Virus record (IMG/VR): IMGVR_UViG_3300022909_000024
Coordinates: 1-58,858 of that record
Length of the DNA stretch: 58,858 nucleotides
Direction: 5' to 3' (one strand)
Source of the DNA: a virus
Lineage: Duplodnaviria > Caudoviricetes
This document shows, one piece after another, positions 29,450-37,383 of the stretch. The notes under the pieces are model-generated. The model was not told where the DNA came from, ran no database searches, and saw only the letters and a program-made list of their open reading frames with translations. Made by a program: the position numbers and the translations under genes. Every line of letters starts with the position of its first letter. The first letter of the stretch is position 1.

Positions 29450-30332
29450 AAAACACTCCGTCGTTCATGCGGATGCCTACACCGTCCACGTACTCATCCA
29501 GCTCACACATCATTAACACAGACAACTTACCGGATAAGTGTTCAGGTAACGTATCGGCAGTATATCGTTCTGCTGGTTCGGTAGAGACTTTGTAGTCCCA
29601 AGTATTATGCGCGTTCTCAAGGAACGTCACATCAAACATCTGTTGATCGTTAAGCATGTAGGCACGCACAAAGAACATGTGGACTTCGGATGTCTGTAAT
29701 GCGTACTCATCAACCTCATTCAGGAACGCTGCTACCTTACTACCGAAATCGGCATCAACAAACTGATACCCACTGGCAACTACCGCACGTAGTTCGACTT
29801 GCAGTTGATTGTGTTGGGTGACTGCTGTTTGCGCGTTCTCGACTTTCTCTTGGTTCTCACGGTTCGTATCACGCACTTTACGTACAACGGGGTAGGCAAA
29901 ACAATCGTTCAGCTCTTTGGGTGTGTACGGTCGTAGATGTGACAGCGCATTCTTTATCGCACGCTTGGGGTTGGTACTCATCAGCATGTGGTGTTGGTCG
30001 TTATGGCTGCTGTACTTGTCGTTCCTAATGGTGTGAGAATACACCGCGATAGTCTTGTACGTACCTTCTCCCTCAATACGGTAGTCGTTGTATCCAACCC
30101 AACCCAGCGCATACAGATCGTTCGGGAGATATACATACAAACTTTGTTCGTTATTACCGCGAGGCGAGAACTTACATGTCGGTAACTTCTTTGCCAGTGC
30201 CTCAAGGAACGTAGCGAACGCACCCTCGCCTTCCCTTTTATGGTGGGCAATATAATCATTGATATTGGTCGGCGCTACAGACCCTGTTTCTACCGCTTCT
30301 AGTTCTGAAACTAACTTTCTTTTTGCACTCAT
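29436..30332 (-). CDS. Hypothetical early protein
   Basis: 298 aa, GGAGG RBS, C-terminal LPEHLSGKLSVLMM...VDGVG. Confidence 0.7.
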   Translation of the reverse strand: MSAKRKLVSELEAVETGSVAPTNINDYIAHHKREGEGAFATFLEALAKKLPTCKFSPRGNNEQSLYVYLPNDLYALGWVGYNDYRIEGEGTYKTIAVYSHTIRNDKYSSHNDQHHMLMSTNPKRAIKNALSHLRPYTPKELNDCFAYPVVRKVRDTNRENQEKVENAQTAVTQHNQLQVELRAVVASGYQFVDADFGSKVAAFLNEVDEYALQTSEVHMFFVRAYMLNDQQMFDVTFLENAHNTWDYKVSTEPAERYTADTLPEHLSGKLSVLMMCELDEYVDGVGIRMNDGVFYVNQ

Positions 30333-30353
30333 GTCGTCCTCCTACAGACTTAG

Positions 30354-30674
30354 TTAACTTGCTAATCCTACTGCTACTCCAACAATCCCATGATTCATTA
30401 TCACAACCATGTCTTTACAGGTCATGGGTAACGTATCTTCATGGGGGTGTGTTTGCGTACGGTGCTTACTGGTTGCACTCGCTAGGGGAATCGCGTACTT
30501 CTCAATGTTCTCATACCACGTACCATTCTCCCAAATGAATAGCGGGAAGTGGTCACCATACGATGTCACGACGTACCGATCACCACGCCACTCTCCGTAT
30601 AGGTTGTTACCGTGAAACCGCTCACGTTTCTGCACGTACTCTCGCGCTGTTACATTAGTTATCCTTGGTGCCAT
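30354..30674 (-). CDS. Hypothetical early protein
   Basis: 106 aa with YVVTSYGDHFPLF segment. Confidence 0.65.
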   Translation of the reverse strand: MAPRITNVTAREYVQKRERFHGNNLYGEWRGDRYVVTSYGDHFPLFIWENGTWYENIEKYAIPLASATSKHRTQTHPHEDTLPMTCKDMVVIMNHGIVGVAVGLAS

Positions 30675-30894
30675 CTCTCTTCTCCTGTAGTCTGGGATCT
30701 CCCCGTTGTTTAATTATGTTAGCCACGGTTACACCGCTCAAACCTACTATCCTGCCGATACGCTTGAAGCTGTACCCTCGGTTGAAATACCGATCAAAGA
30801 TTGCTTCCTCTAATGCCGCACGCGTAGCGTACTTGCCGCTACTCAGGGGTCTACCCTTCCTCATCGGCTTGGTTGATTGGGGGTGTCGCTCCAT
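30655..30894 (-). CDS. Small HTH protein (sigma region-4-like)
   Basis: RGYSFKRIGRIVGLSGVTVANII. Confidence 0.6.
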   Translation of the reverse strand: MERHPQSTKPMRKGRPLSSGKYATRAALEEAIFDRYFNRGYSFKRIGRIVGLSGVTVANIIKQRGDPRLQEKRDGTKDN

Positions 30895-31072
30895 TTAGAT
30901 ATCTCCTTTCGTCCTCTTGTGCAGCTATTTCATTTTCTAAAATGTCCCAATTAGATTCGTAGGCAGCATCCCAGTTATCCCAATACCCATTTGCTATATC
31001 TTCGTTTGCCATGATGACAGCCATGTGGTTAATGCAGGGTTCGTGATTAAACGGTAAACATAATTGTTCCAT
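30851..31072 (-). CDS. Small acidic hypothetical protein
   Basis: 73 aa, AGGAGG RBS. Confidence 0.55.
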   Translation of the reverse strand: MEQLCLPFNHEPCINHMAVIMANEDIANGYWDNWDAAYESNWDILENEIAAQEDERRYLNGATPPINQADEEG

Positions 31073-31145
31073 TACTACTGCCTCCTATAGTTGGTTTGGG
31101 GGTGCCGCTCCCCCATCATATAGATTGTCTCAGTCATACCTTTCC

Positions 31146-31589
31146 TCATAACTTGTTTATAGGTGTATACGTTGTTGGGGGGTCTGCATCTGCTATATGT
31201 CTGCATATATACCCTATACTGCGTAAGTCTTCGTATGCGTCTTCAGCCTCCTCCCCCGCAAGGAAGTGCCGTTCTTCAATGTCCTCCAACTCCTCTCCGA
31301 TACGAACAAACTTACAGGCGTAGGGAAATTTACGTTCCTGCCAAAAGAGTTCCGCGAGTTCTTCTGCACGCTGTAAGGCTTGCACATCTTCAAAGTCTTC
31401 ATACCATTTAACGTACTCGCTTTGGTATACCATCAACAAGGAACCGTCCTTCTCATAGCAATCCCAAGCCCGCAACAATACTTCATGGTCTATTACCCGC
31501 TGATCCATAGCGTATACAGCCAATACTTCTTTAGCGTGGTCTTTGTTAGGCCATGCCAACGCATAAAACACATCGCTCCGATACCCCAT
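31146..31589 (-). CDS. Hypothetical early protein (MGYRSDV... type)
   Basis: GGAGG RBS; VKWYE and FVRIGEE segments. Confidence 0.7.
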   Translation of the reverse strand: MGYRSDVFYALAWPNKDHAKEVLAVYAMDQRVIDHEVLLRAWDCYEKDGSLLMVYQSEYVKWYEDFEDVQALQRAEELAELFWQERKFPYACKFVRIGEELEDIEERHFLAGEEAEDAYEDLRSIGYICRHIADADPPTTYTPINKL

Positions 31590-31603
31590 AAGTCACCTCC
31601 TCA

Positions 31604-32785
31604 TCACTTGTTTTTGGCAATGTGCACAACCTTGCCGCAGTCGGGCTTGGCTCGTTCAAAGTCGTAGATGGCCCACAGTATGGGACATGTCCACGTACCC
31701 CAGTCGAACACGTACCCATCGGTAAACACAATCACAGCTTGCGGGTTGATCTTGTGCTCGGCCATGTACTCGGACACACAACTCACGTCGGTACCACCGC
31801 CACCCGCTGGCTTGGTGCTTTGCACTAGGGTATCGGTTTCGGTAAGGTTGTATGTCTCATCGGCACACACCTTGGTATCCCAATACAGTAGTCGGATGCG
31901 GTCGGGTCGCACGTTGTCACACACTGACTTGATCTCGGATAGGAACGTAGTCAACTCGCGCTGACCGATAGACGCTGACGTATCAACAGCAACCACCAAC
32001 TCACCCACACTCTGACTGATACCGCTAGGCATATACACGCCAGTAGATATGAACTTACGATTGGGTCGAGACCATGTTGAAAAGTCGTTACCAGCACACG
32101 TTGTACTGATGAACTCACGCAACACATCACGCCAATCAATCTGCGGTTTGAGTAACGCCTCAAGGTCACGGGCACCACCACTGCCTAGCTTACCGGCAAC
32201 GAGTACACCCTGACGTATTGCTTCCTCAACCTCACGCTCAAGGTCACCCTTCTCTTCCTCGCTCAACTGCTCGGCTTCCTCCCAACCATGATCGTCAAGA
32301 CTGTTACCCACACCACGGCCATCATCACCCTCGGGTAGCGAGTCATAGATCTTGTGGAATACTTGGGCAGTATCCATGCTACGGTATTGCTCATCGAACA
32401 ACCCAACCTTGGGCATTTTGATAAACCCCTCGCCATTGTCACCGTCAACCAACTGTACGTTGATAACATAGTCACACGCGGCATTGGCTACCTGTGCATG
32501 TTTGTCGTAGAGATGTTTCCACGTAGTCAAGTGCTGGTACATCTTGTGGTAACACTCGTGCAGTATCAGGAATCGCAACTCGGCATCGTTCAACCCATCG
32601 ACAAACGCTCGGCCATACATCTCGTCACGCCCGTTGGTACACGCGGTTGGGACGGTATCATCTACCGTCCGGTCACCAATCATCAGCACGCTGGATAAAC
32701 CCACGTACTTGTCATGCGCCATGATAGCCATGACAGCTTTTTGTAACCGCTGTTCGGCGGTCAACGTCTGGTTAAGTGCTAACAT
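31604..32785 (-). CDS. DUF2201-type putative metallopeptidase plus VWA domain protein
   Basis: TACTNG, ILHECYH (HExxH), DTSAS MIDAS, GGGGTD, FTDGY. Confidence 0.85.
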   Translation of the reverse strand: MLALNQTLTAEQRLQKAVMAIMAHDKYVGLSSVLMIGDRTVDDTVPTACTNGRDEMYGRAFVDGLNDAELRFLILHECYHKMYQHLTTWKHLYDKHAQVANAACDYVINVQLVDGDNGEGFIKMPKVGLFDEQYRSMDTAQVFHKIYDSLPEGDDGRGVGNSLDDHGWEEAEQLSEEEKGDLEREVEEAIRQGVLVAGKLGSGGARDLEALLKPQIDWRDVLREFISTTCAGNDFSTWSRPNRKFISTGVYMPSGISQSVGELVVAVDTSASIGQRELTTFLSEIKSVCDNVRPDRIRLLYWDTKVCADETYNLTETDTLVQSTKPAGGGGTDVSCVSEYMAEHKINPQAVIVFTDGYVFDWGTWTCPILWAIYDFERAKPDCGKVVHIAKNK

Positions 32786-33441
32786 ATTTCCTCCTCCCCT
32801 AGTTCTGATAACAACTTAGTGTGTGACGCATGAAGTACATTCAACTCGCATCTGAGTCGCTCGACCTCCAACCATAAGGCTTGGTCGCCGTGACGTAACC
32901 TGCTCCACCACCCCTGCGCTTTCGGCGTTGGTATTGGTTCGGCAGTAACGACAGGCTTGGGCTTAGTCTTAGGCTTGGGCTTAGTCTTAGGCTTAGTGTT
33001 AGGGACTTCCCTAACTGGTTCAGTCAAGACAGGCTCGGCAGTAACGATAGGTGTAAACAAGTCTCCCTGCGGTGTAATGCTACGCCTTCTTTTATCGTAT
33101 AGGGCAGGTGCGATTTCCCCACGTTTACGCAGTCTGTATACATGCACATCGATTGCCTTGGGTGTACGCCCCATCAATGAGCCAATCTCCTCATAAGACT
33201 TACCCTCTTCGAGAAGCTGTATCAGGTACGCGTTTAGTTCCGCAGTCCACATAAATTTCTTCTCTGTAGGGTCTATAGCTTCTGCGGCACGTAGTGTACT
33301 AACCCTACCTGCTACCCCACCCCTAGTACGCCCTAACTTCTTAGCCATATACTCATGACTCTTACCGTTTTGGTGGTACCACAGCAACTCTATGTCTTCT
33401 TCCCTAGTCCAAGGCTTGCTCTTGTTTTCTACTCTTGCCAT
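32779..33441 (-). CDS. Tandem Myb/GcrA-like HTH repeat protein with PK-rich linker and C-terminal coiled coil
   Basis: Two repeats WT.E....L......GKS......LGRT...V/I...V..LR. Confidence 0.6.
   Translation of the reverse strand: MARVENKSKPWTREEDIELLWYHQNGKSHEYMAKKLGRTRGGVAGRVSTLRAAEAIDPTEKKFMWTAELNAYLIQLLEEGKSYEEIGSLMGRTPKAIDVHVYRLRKRGEIAPALYDKRRRSITPQGDLFTPIVTAEPVLTEPVREVPNTKPKTKPKPKTKPKPVVTAEPIPTPKAQGWWSRLRHGDQALWLEVERLRCELNVLHASHTKLLSELGEEEIC
32997..33016. promoter_or_regulatory. 20-bp palindrome, copy 2 (intragenic, last base differs)
   Basis: TGTTAGGGA-CT-TCCCTAACT. Confidence 0.65.
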
Positions 33442-33453
33442 CTTCCCTCCTCC

Positions 33454-34545
33454 TTACTTGTCTGCTGTAAACAGATAGTTGTTGTCCATCGCCCACTGCG
33501 TGAACTTCTTGTTCTGCATGACGATAGCTTGTTTGGCGTACTTCTTACCGCGTACACCGTTAGCGAACACACCCTGCGCTTCCTTGGATAGGCGCAACAT
33601 GTAGGTCATCCACTGGTCAACCCAATCACGTTCGAGTGTTGATAACACCTTATACACAACCATCATCACAGCGCCCGCACTGGTCGGCACAAGTGCAGAT
33701 TGAGGGTCTGACTTGATCGAGTCGATGGATGGTAACTGATCGGCTAGTCTGGCAAATGCCATAAGGTCACCTGCGGCTGACCCACCGATGGTGCCAATGA
33801 GTAAAGACGTTAATGTCTTGTCGTTGAACTGATCGCGGACTTTCATCCAATCACTGGCCGCTTCGAGCGAACGCGGAGTCACAAACGCCGTACGGGTAGA
33901 CCGTGGATGGAATATGTAGTCGTTGTCCTCGGGATCTTGCACATCGCGGAAGTCGGCAAACGCTTTGTCGTTGTTGCGGCACCACCCCAGCACTGTCGGG
34001 TCAATGTCGTTGTTGACACCCCACTCGATCCATTGTTCCCATGTCGGCTTGGTAGACTCGATCACCGTCAAGCGATTGAGTGCATGTGCGGGTAACATGT
34101 CACCGACACCCTCAGCACCTAGGTTAGTTGTGGCAAACACAATACTGTCAGGATGCAGGGTATAGCTACCGATCTTACGTTCGAGCATCATGCGTAGCAG
34201 CGAGAGCTTGACCGCTGGATTCGCTTTACCGAACTCGTCAATCATTAGGATGATCGGCTTGTCATGGTGTGCACCCAACTCCTCGTTGGTCAGGTATCGC
34301 ACGAACCCGCTACCGTCATCCATGTGCATGATGTCAGGGATCGTCACGTCGCCCAGATCCTTAGTGGTCGTGTCGAAGTAACACGGGATGTGCTTGGGTT
34401 TCTCTACTGATAGCATGTTAAGTAGAGATGTCTTACCCGTACCCATGTGACCTTGCACAAGTATGGTACGCTGATGACCACCAGCAATGATTGCTTGGGC
34501 GATCTCGTCTAGGTTTACCGCATACAGATTGGCTGATGTTGCCAT
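33454..34545 (-). CDS. MoxR-like AAA+ ATPase
   Basis: GHMGTGKT Walker A, MIDEFGK Walker B, ATTN sensor 1, TPRS sensor 2. Confidence 0.85.
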   Translation of the reverse strand: MATSANLYAVNLDEIAQAIIAGGHQRTILVQGHMGTGKTSLLNMLSVEKPKHIPCYFDTTTKDLGDVTIPDIMHMDDGSGFVRYLTNEELGAHHDKPIILMIDEFGKANPAVKLSLLRMMLERKIGSYTLHPDSIVFATTNLGAEGVGDMLPAHALNRLTVIESTKPTWEQWIEWGVNNDIDPTVLGWCRNNDKAFADFRDVQDPEDNDYIFHPRSTRTAFVTPRSLEAASDWMKVRDQFNDKTLTSLLIGTIGGSAAGDLMAFARLADQLPSIDSIKSDPQSALVPTSAGAVMMVVYKVLSTLERDWVDQWMTYMLRLSKEAQGVFANGVRGKKYAKQAIVMQNKKFTQWAMDNNYLFTADK

Positions 34546-34576
34546 GTTATGTCCTCCTTCATTGGACTGGTTGTTG

Positions 34577-34596
34577 TGTTAGGGAAATCCCTAACA
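34577..34596. promoter_or_regulatory. 20-bp palindrome, copy 3 (spacer AA)
   Basis: TGTTAGGGA-AA-TCCCTAACA, upstream of the AAA gene. Confidence 0.75.
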
Positions 34597-34613
34597 AGTT
34601 ACTGCTAAACACA

Positions 34614-34832
34614 CTACCGCTTATTCCTATGCACTCGGTTGTACTTGGCGTACGTCCGCGTATCAACGTGCTTGAAATAGTGCATCGTCTCGCTCGAATA
34701 CATATACATATAGTGCCACTTTGCTTCCTCATCCATCCCGTTGCGGATGGCATCCTCGAACGCATCGCGTGGGTGCAACACCACACGCCCATGCTTGAAC
34801 CACAACCGCTCTTCTGCTTCGCTGTATCTCAT
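34614..34832 (-). CDS. Hypothetical early protein
   Basis: 72 aa, GAGGAG RBS. Confidence 0.65.
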   Translation of the reverse strand: MRYSEAEERLWFKHGRVVLHPRDAFEDAIRNGMDEEAKWHYMYMYSSETMHYFKHVDTRTYAKYNRVHRNKR

Positions 34833-34833
34833 C

Positions 34834-35061
34834 TCAGTTCTCCTCCCCTAATGGTTTCGATGTATACACGGCATACTTCACTGCCCACTTAGCGAACAAC
34901 TCGGACTTGAGCATCGTACTCTGCGTTTCTTTCGGTAACGCACGGAACGCTCTACCGAACTCACCATAGCCAGCAAAAAGACGGTCGCGCTCGTTTGATA
35001 ACGCCCGTACTGGTGGGTGTGCCTTGATATACTCTTCAACTACTAATTCTTCAAAAATCAT
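34834..35061 (-). CDS. Hypothetical early protein
   Basis: 75 aa, GGAGAG RBS. Confidence 0.6.
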   Translation of the reverse strand: MIFEELVVEEYIKAHPPVRALSNERDRLFAGYGEFGRAFRALPKETQSTMLKSELFAKWAVKYAVYTSKPLGEEN

Positions 35062-35084
35062 CTCACTCTCCCTATAGCTGTGTT

Positions 35085-36026
35085 TTACAAGTCAATGGTG
35101 GGTAGGTTACTGATAACGTCTGCTACCACCGCTTTGGTTTCGGCACGGAGGTGCTTGTCCTCACGTAACGCCTCGGGCGATAACGGCATCTTACCCAGAC
35201 CACGGAACTGATCTTCAAGTTTGGTGCGTATCGCTTCCATCTGAGTGTCACCAGTCAGGTTGCACGCTTTGAGCATGTCAATCATGTCGAGCACACCGTC
35301 GAACGTGCTAGTGGCTAGTCGTTTTTGTTTTGGCTTACCGTCCTTACGCTTATCCGTACTGTCATCGTCGAGACTATGGTGCAGTCGCTCAAGGTAGGTG
35401 CGAGTACGGTTGAACACGTCCTCCATTGCTTTGGTGATCTGCAATTCGTAATGTTCCTGATATTGTGTTTTCAGGATAGCAGCTTGCTCGTTGCCCATGT
35501 CAACCCGAAAGTCACCAGCCTCGGGTACAGGTGAATAGGTCACAGCAAACCGGAACTTTTTGTCCAGATCATGCACTGACATATAGTCGGCATCGTTGAA
35601 CAACGTGCCTAACTTAGCGCGAGACTGGATAATCTCCCAGTCGTAAACATCTATGAACGCTTGCACCAATCGGTCGAACTCTTGCTCGAAAGCAGACATT
35701 TGGTTTTGGTAATCGAAGAACATCGCAGTCGGTATCAAACGCTGCCCCAGATCTGACCACGGCATGGTCAGTGCATAGTGCTGGTTGCGTACGTTACCCA
35801 CGAACTTCTGGATAGCATCTAACTCGGCACAGTCACCAAGTAATTTCTTACTGACATTTGCTGTACCCGATGCCGCGTTGTTTTGCATGGTGATCTGCGC
35901 TGATGCGCTTTTGTCTTTCTTGCGTCCTGTCCAGACTGACGCGTTGAACTCGACGATCATGGCACTCGATTGTATTGATGGTGCCGATACCTCGGGCGTT
36001 ACTGTTAAGATGTTCTGTGTATTCAT
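35085..36026 (-). CDS. Conserved early protein, tentatively DUF3150-like
   Basis: SVWTGRKKD...KKLL...TMPWSD segments; start placed at ATG 36026 after GAGGA. Confidence 0.6.
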   Translation of the reverse strand: MNTQNILTVTPEVSAPSIQSSAMIVEFNASVWTGRKKDKSASAQITMQNNAASGTANVSKKLLGDCAELDAIQKFVGNVRNQHYALTMPWSDLGQRLIPTAMFFDYQNQMSAFEQEFDRLVQAFIDVYDWEIIQSRAKLGTLFNDADYMSVHDLDKKFRFAVTYSPVPEAGDFRVDMGNEQAAILKTQYQEHYELQITKAMEDVFNRTRTYLERLHHSLDDDSTDKRKDGKPKQKRLATSTFDGVLDMIDMLKACNLTGDTQMEAIRTKLEDQFRGLGKMPLSPEALREDKHLRAETKAVVADVISNLPTIDL

Positions 36027-36050
36027 TATCATATCCTCATAAGTTGTTAG

Positions 36051-36070
36051 TGTTAGGGATCTCCCTAACA
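36051..36070. promoter_or_regulatory. 20-bp palindrome, copy 4 (spacer TC)
   Basis: TGTTAGGGA-TC-TCCCTAACA between the promoter and the RBS. Confidence 0.75.
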
Positions 36071-36114
36071 AGTTTTGGTGAAACATGAGAAAGGAACCCC
36101 AATCTCATTAAACT

Positions 36115-36143
36115 ATTATACCCTAAATGGAACGTAATGTCAA
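36115..36143 (-). promoter_or_regulatory. Consensus sigma70 early promoter
   Basis: TTGACA-17 nt-TATAAT exactly. Confidence 0.85.
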
Positions 36144-36555
36144 GTGATGTCGTATGATGGCGTAATGTGGAAACCGCTGTAATGTCTCGTAATGTCTCGG
36201 AATGTTCTGTTGAGGGTGGTTGCAAGTTACTGAAAATAAACAAATGTTCCGATTGTTCCTGTTTTCATGGAATTACTACCTATTTCCCTTGGGGGAAGGG
36301 AAGGCAGGGTAAAGACGAACAAAACCTTCCCTTAATTTACCTTTGGGTAGTAATTCTATAGAGTAGCGAACAATACAATATATATATATATATATAGGGA
36401 ATACATTCAACTAAACATACAATACTTTCCTTTATATTCCATCGCCATCCACTATTCAAATGTTCGTTTCACTACCGAACATTGTAGGAACATTATGGAA
36501 CATTATGGAACATTACAAGCGACCCTGCCGAACAATGTTAGGGATCTCCCTAACA
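36135..36555. other. Candidate replication origin region
   Basis: Roughly 10-bp periodic AATGT(T/C) and GAACATT repeats in opposite orientations, nested inverted repeat 36267-36359, (TA)9 tract 36379-36396. Confidence 0.45.
36536..36555. promoter_or_regulatory. 20-bp palindrome, copy 5 (spacer TC)
   Basis: TGTTAGGGA-TC-TCCCTAACA. Confidence 0.75.
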
Positions 36556-36587
36556 CGCTAACGTGCCCTTCCCACAGTGCCGCGCAC

Positions 36588-36656
36588 CGCTACGCTAGGA
36601 ACTGGTATCATCGCAGTAACACGTTTGACGCAACGCTACTCTAGGAACTGGTATCA
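36588..36656. repeat. Two 23-bp direct repeats CGCTAC(G/T)CTAGGAACTGGTATCA
   Basis: 36588-36610 and 36634-36656. Confidence 0.85.
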
Positions 36657-36698
36657 ATCCCGCCGAAGCGGGATTAGGGTTTGGCCCCCGAAGGGGCC
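36656..36698 (-). other. Two consecutive C(UUCG)G hairpins downstream of the first early gene
   Basis: GGCCCC-TTCG-GGGGCC and AATCCCGC-TTCG-GCGGGATT on the minus strand; no U tract. Confidence 0.65.
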
Positions 36699-36704
36699 GT
36701 GGGT

Positions 36705-37250
36705 TTAGCCTTCGATGATGGCTCGGAGATCTTCATCTGACCCGATGAGCGACATGGTATGAGCAACCGATTTGATAAGCTGCGCTGGATCATACTCGGG
36801 TGTCTCATCCTTCCGCGCTGTATTGGCGATAGTCTTGAGAGCCGCGATGATTTTCTCGGCGCTGGTCTTGGCCTCTTTTTGCTCTGGCTCGATCTCACCT
36901 GCCGCTAGGGCGCGAGTCTTGAGCTGGCCTTTGAGATCCTTGAGCCGCGAGCTGATCTGTTGGGTGACGTATCGCTTGCGTGCCTTGTCCTCATCTGACA
37001 GCGCCTTGACATCCACTAGGAATAACGCGGTATCGCTTTGAGAAAACCCCGCCAGAATCGCCGCCTTGGTTTTGGCGAAGCCGTCCTCAGTCGCGGTGCT
37101 CTCGGCGCTGTCCTTACCAGCGGGTGAGATGCAATCGGTATACCGCATGCCTGCCGCGAATAGCGCATCTATATGCTCGCCGCGCTTCTTTTCGCCCTCG
37201 GTTGTTGCTGCTGAATAGGCCTGTACTGATTTGAGTAGTTTTGTGTTCAT
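36705..37250 (-). CDS. First early gene, helical hypothetical protein
   Basis: 181 aa, GGAG RBS, own promoter upstream. Confidence 0.7.
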   Translation of the reverse strand: MNTKLLKSVQAYSAATTEGEKKRGEHIDALFAAGMRYTDCISPAGKDSAESTATEDGFAKTKAAILAGFSQSDTALFLVDVKALSDEDKARKRYVTQQISSRLKDLKGQLKTRALAAGEIEPEQKEAKTSAEKIIAALKTIANTARKDETPEYDPAQLIKSVAHTMSLIGSDEDLRAIIEG

Positions 37251-37306
37251 AGTTTTATAGCTCCAGTGTTTAGCGGCTCGCGGAATTGCTTGCCTGCTGG
37301 TAACGT

Positions 37307-37334
37307 ATTATCCACATCTGGCCGATAATGTCAA
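37307..37334 (-). promoter_or_regulatory. Sigma70-like early promoter
   Basis: TTGACA-16 nt-GATAAT. Confidence 0.55.
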
Positions 37335-37363
37335 CAAATGGCCGATAATGGTAGATTGTGGAA

Positions 37364-37383
37364 TGTTAGGGACATCCCTAACA
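37364..37383. promoter_or_regulatory. 20-bp palindrome, copy 6 (spacer CA)
   Basis: TGTTAGGGA-CA-TCCCTAACA. Confidence 0.75.

Noticed and set aside
36477-36491. GAAC-N7-GAAC resembling an alphaproteobacterial LexA box
   Set aside because: Part of a longer GAACATT array whose other spacings are N6, and not overlapping an identified promoter
36588-36656. Possible mini CRISPR array (23-bp repeats with a 23-bp spacer)
   Set aside because: Only two repeats and no cas operon; the Cas4-like gene sits in the replication module as a typical solo phage nuclease
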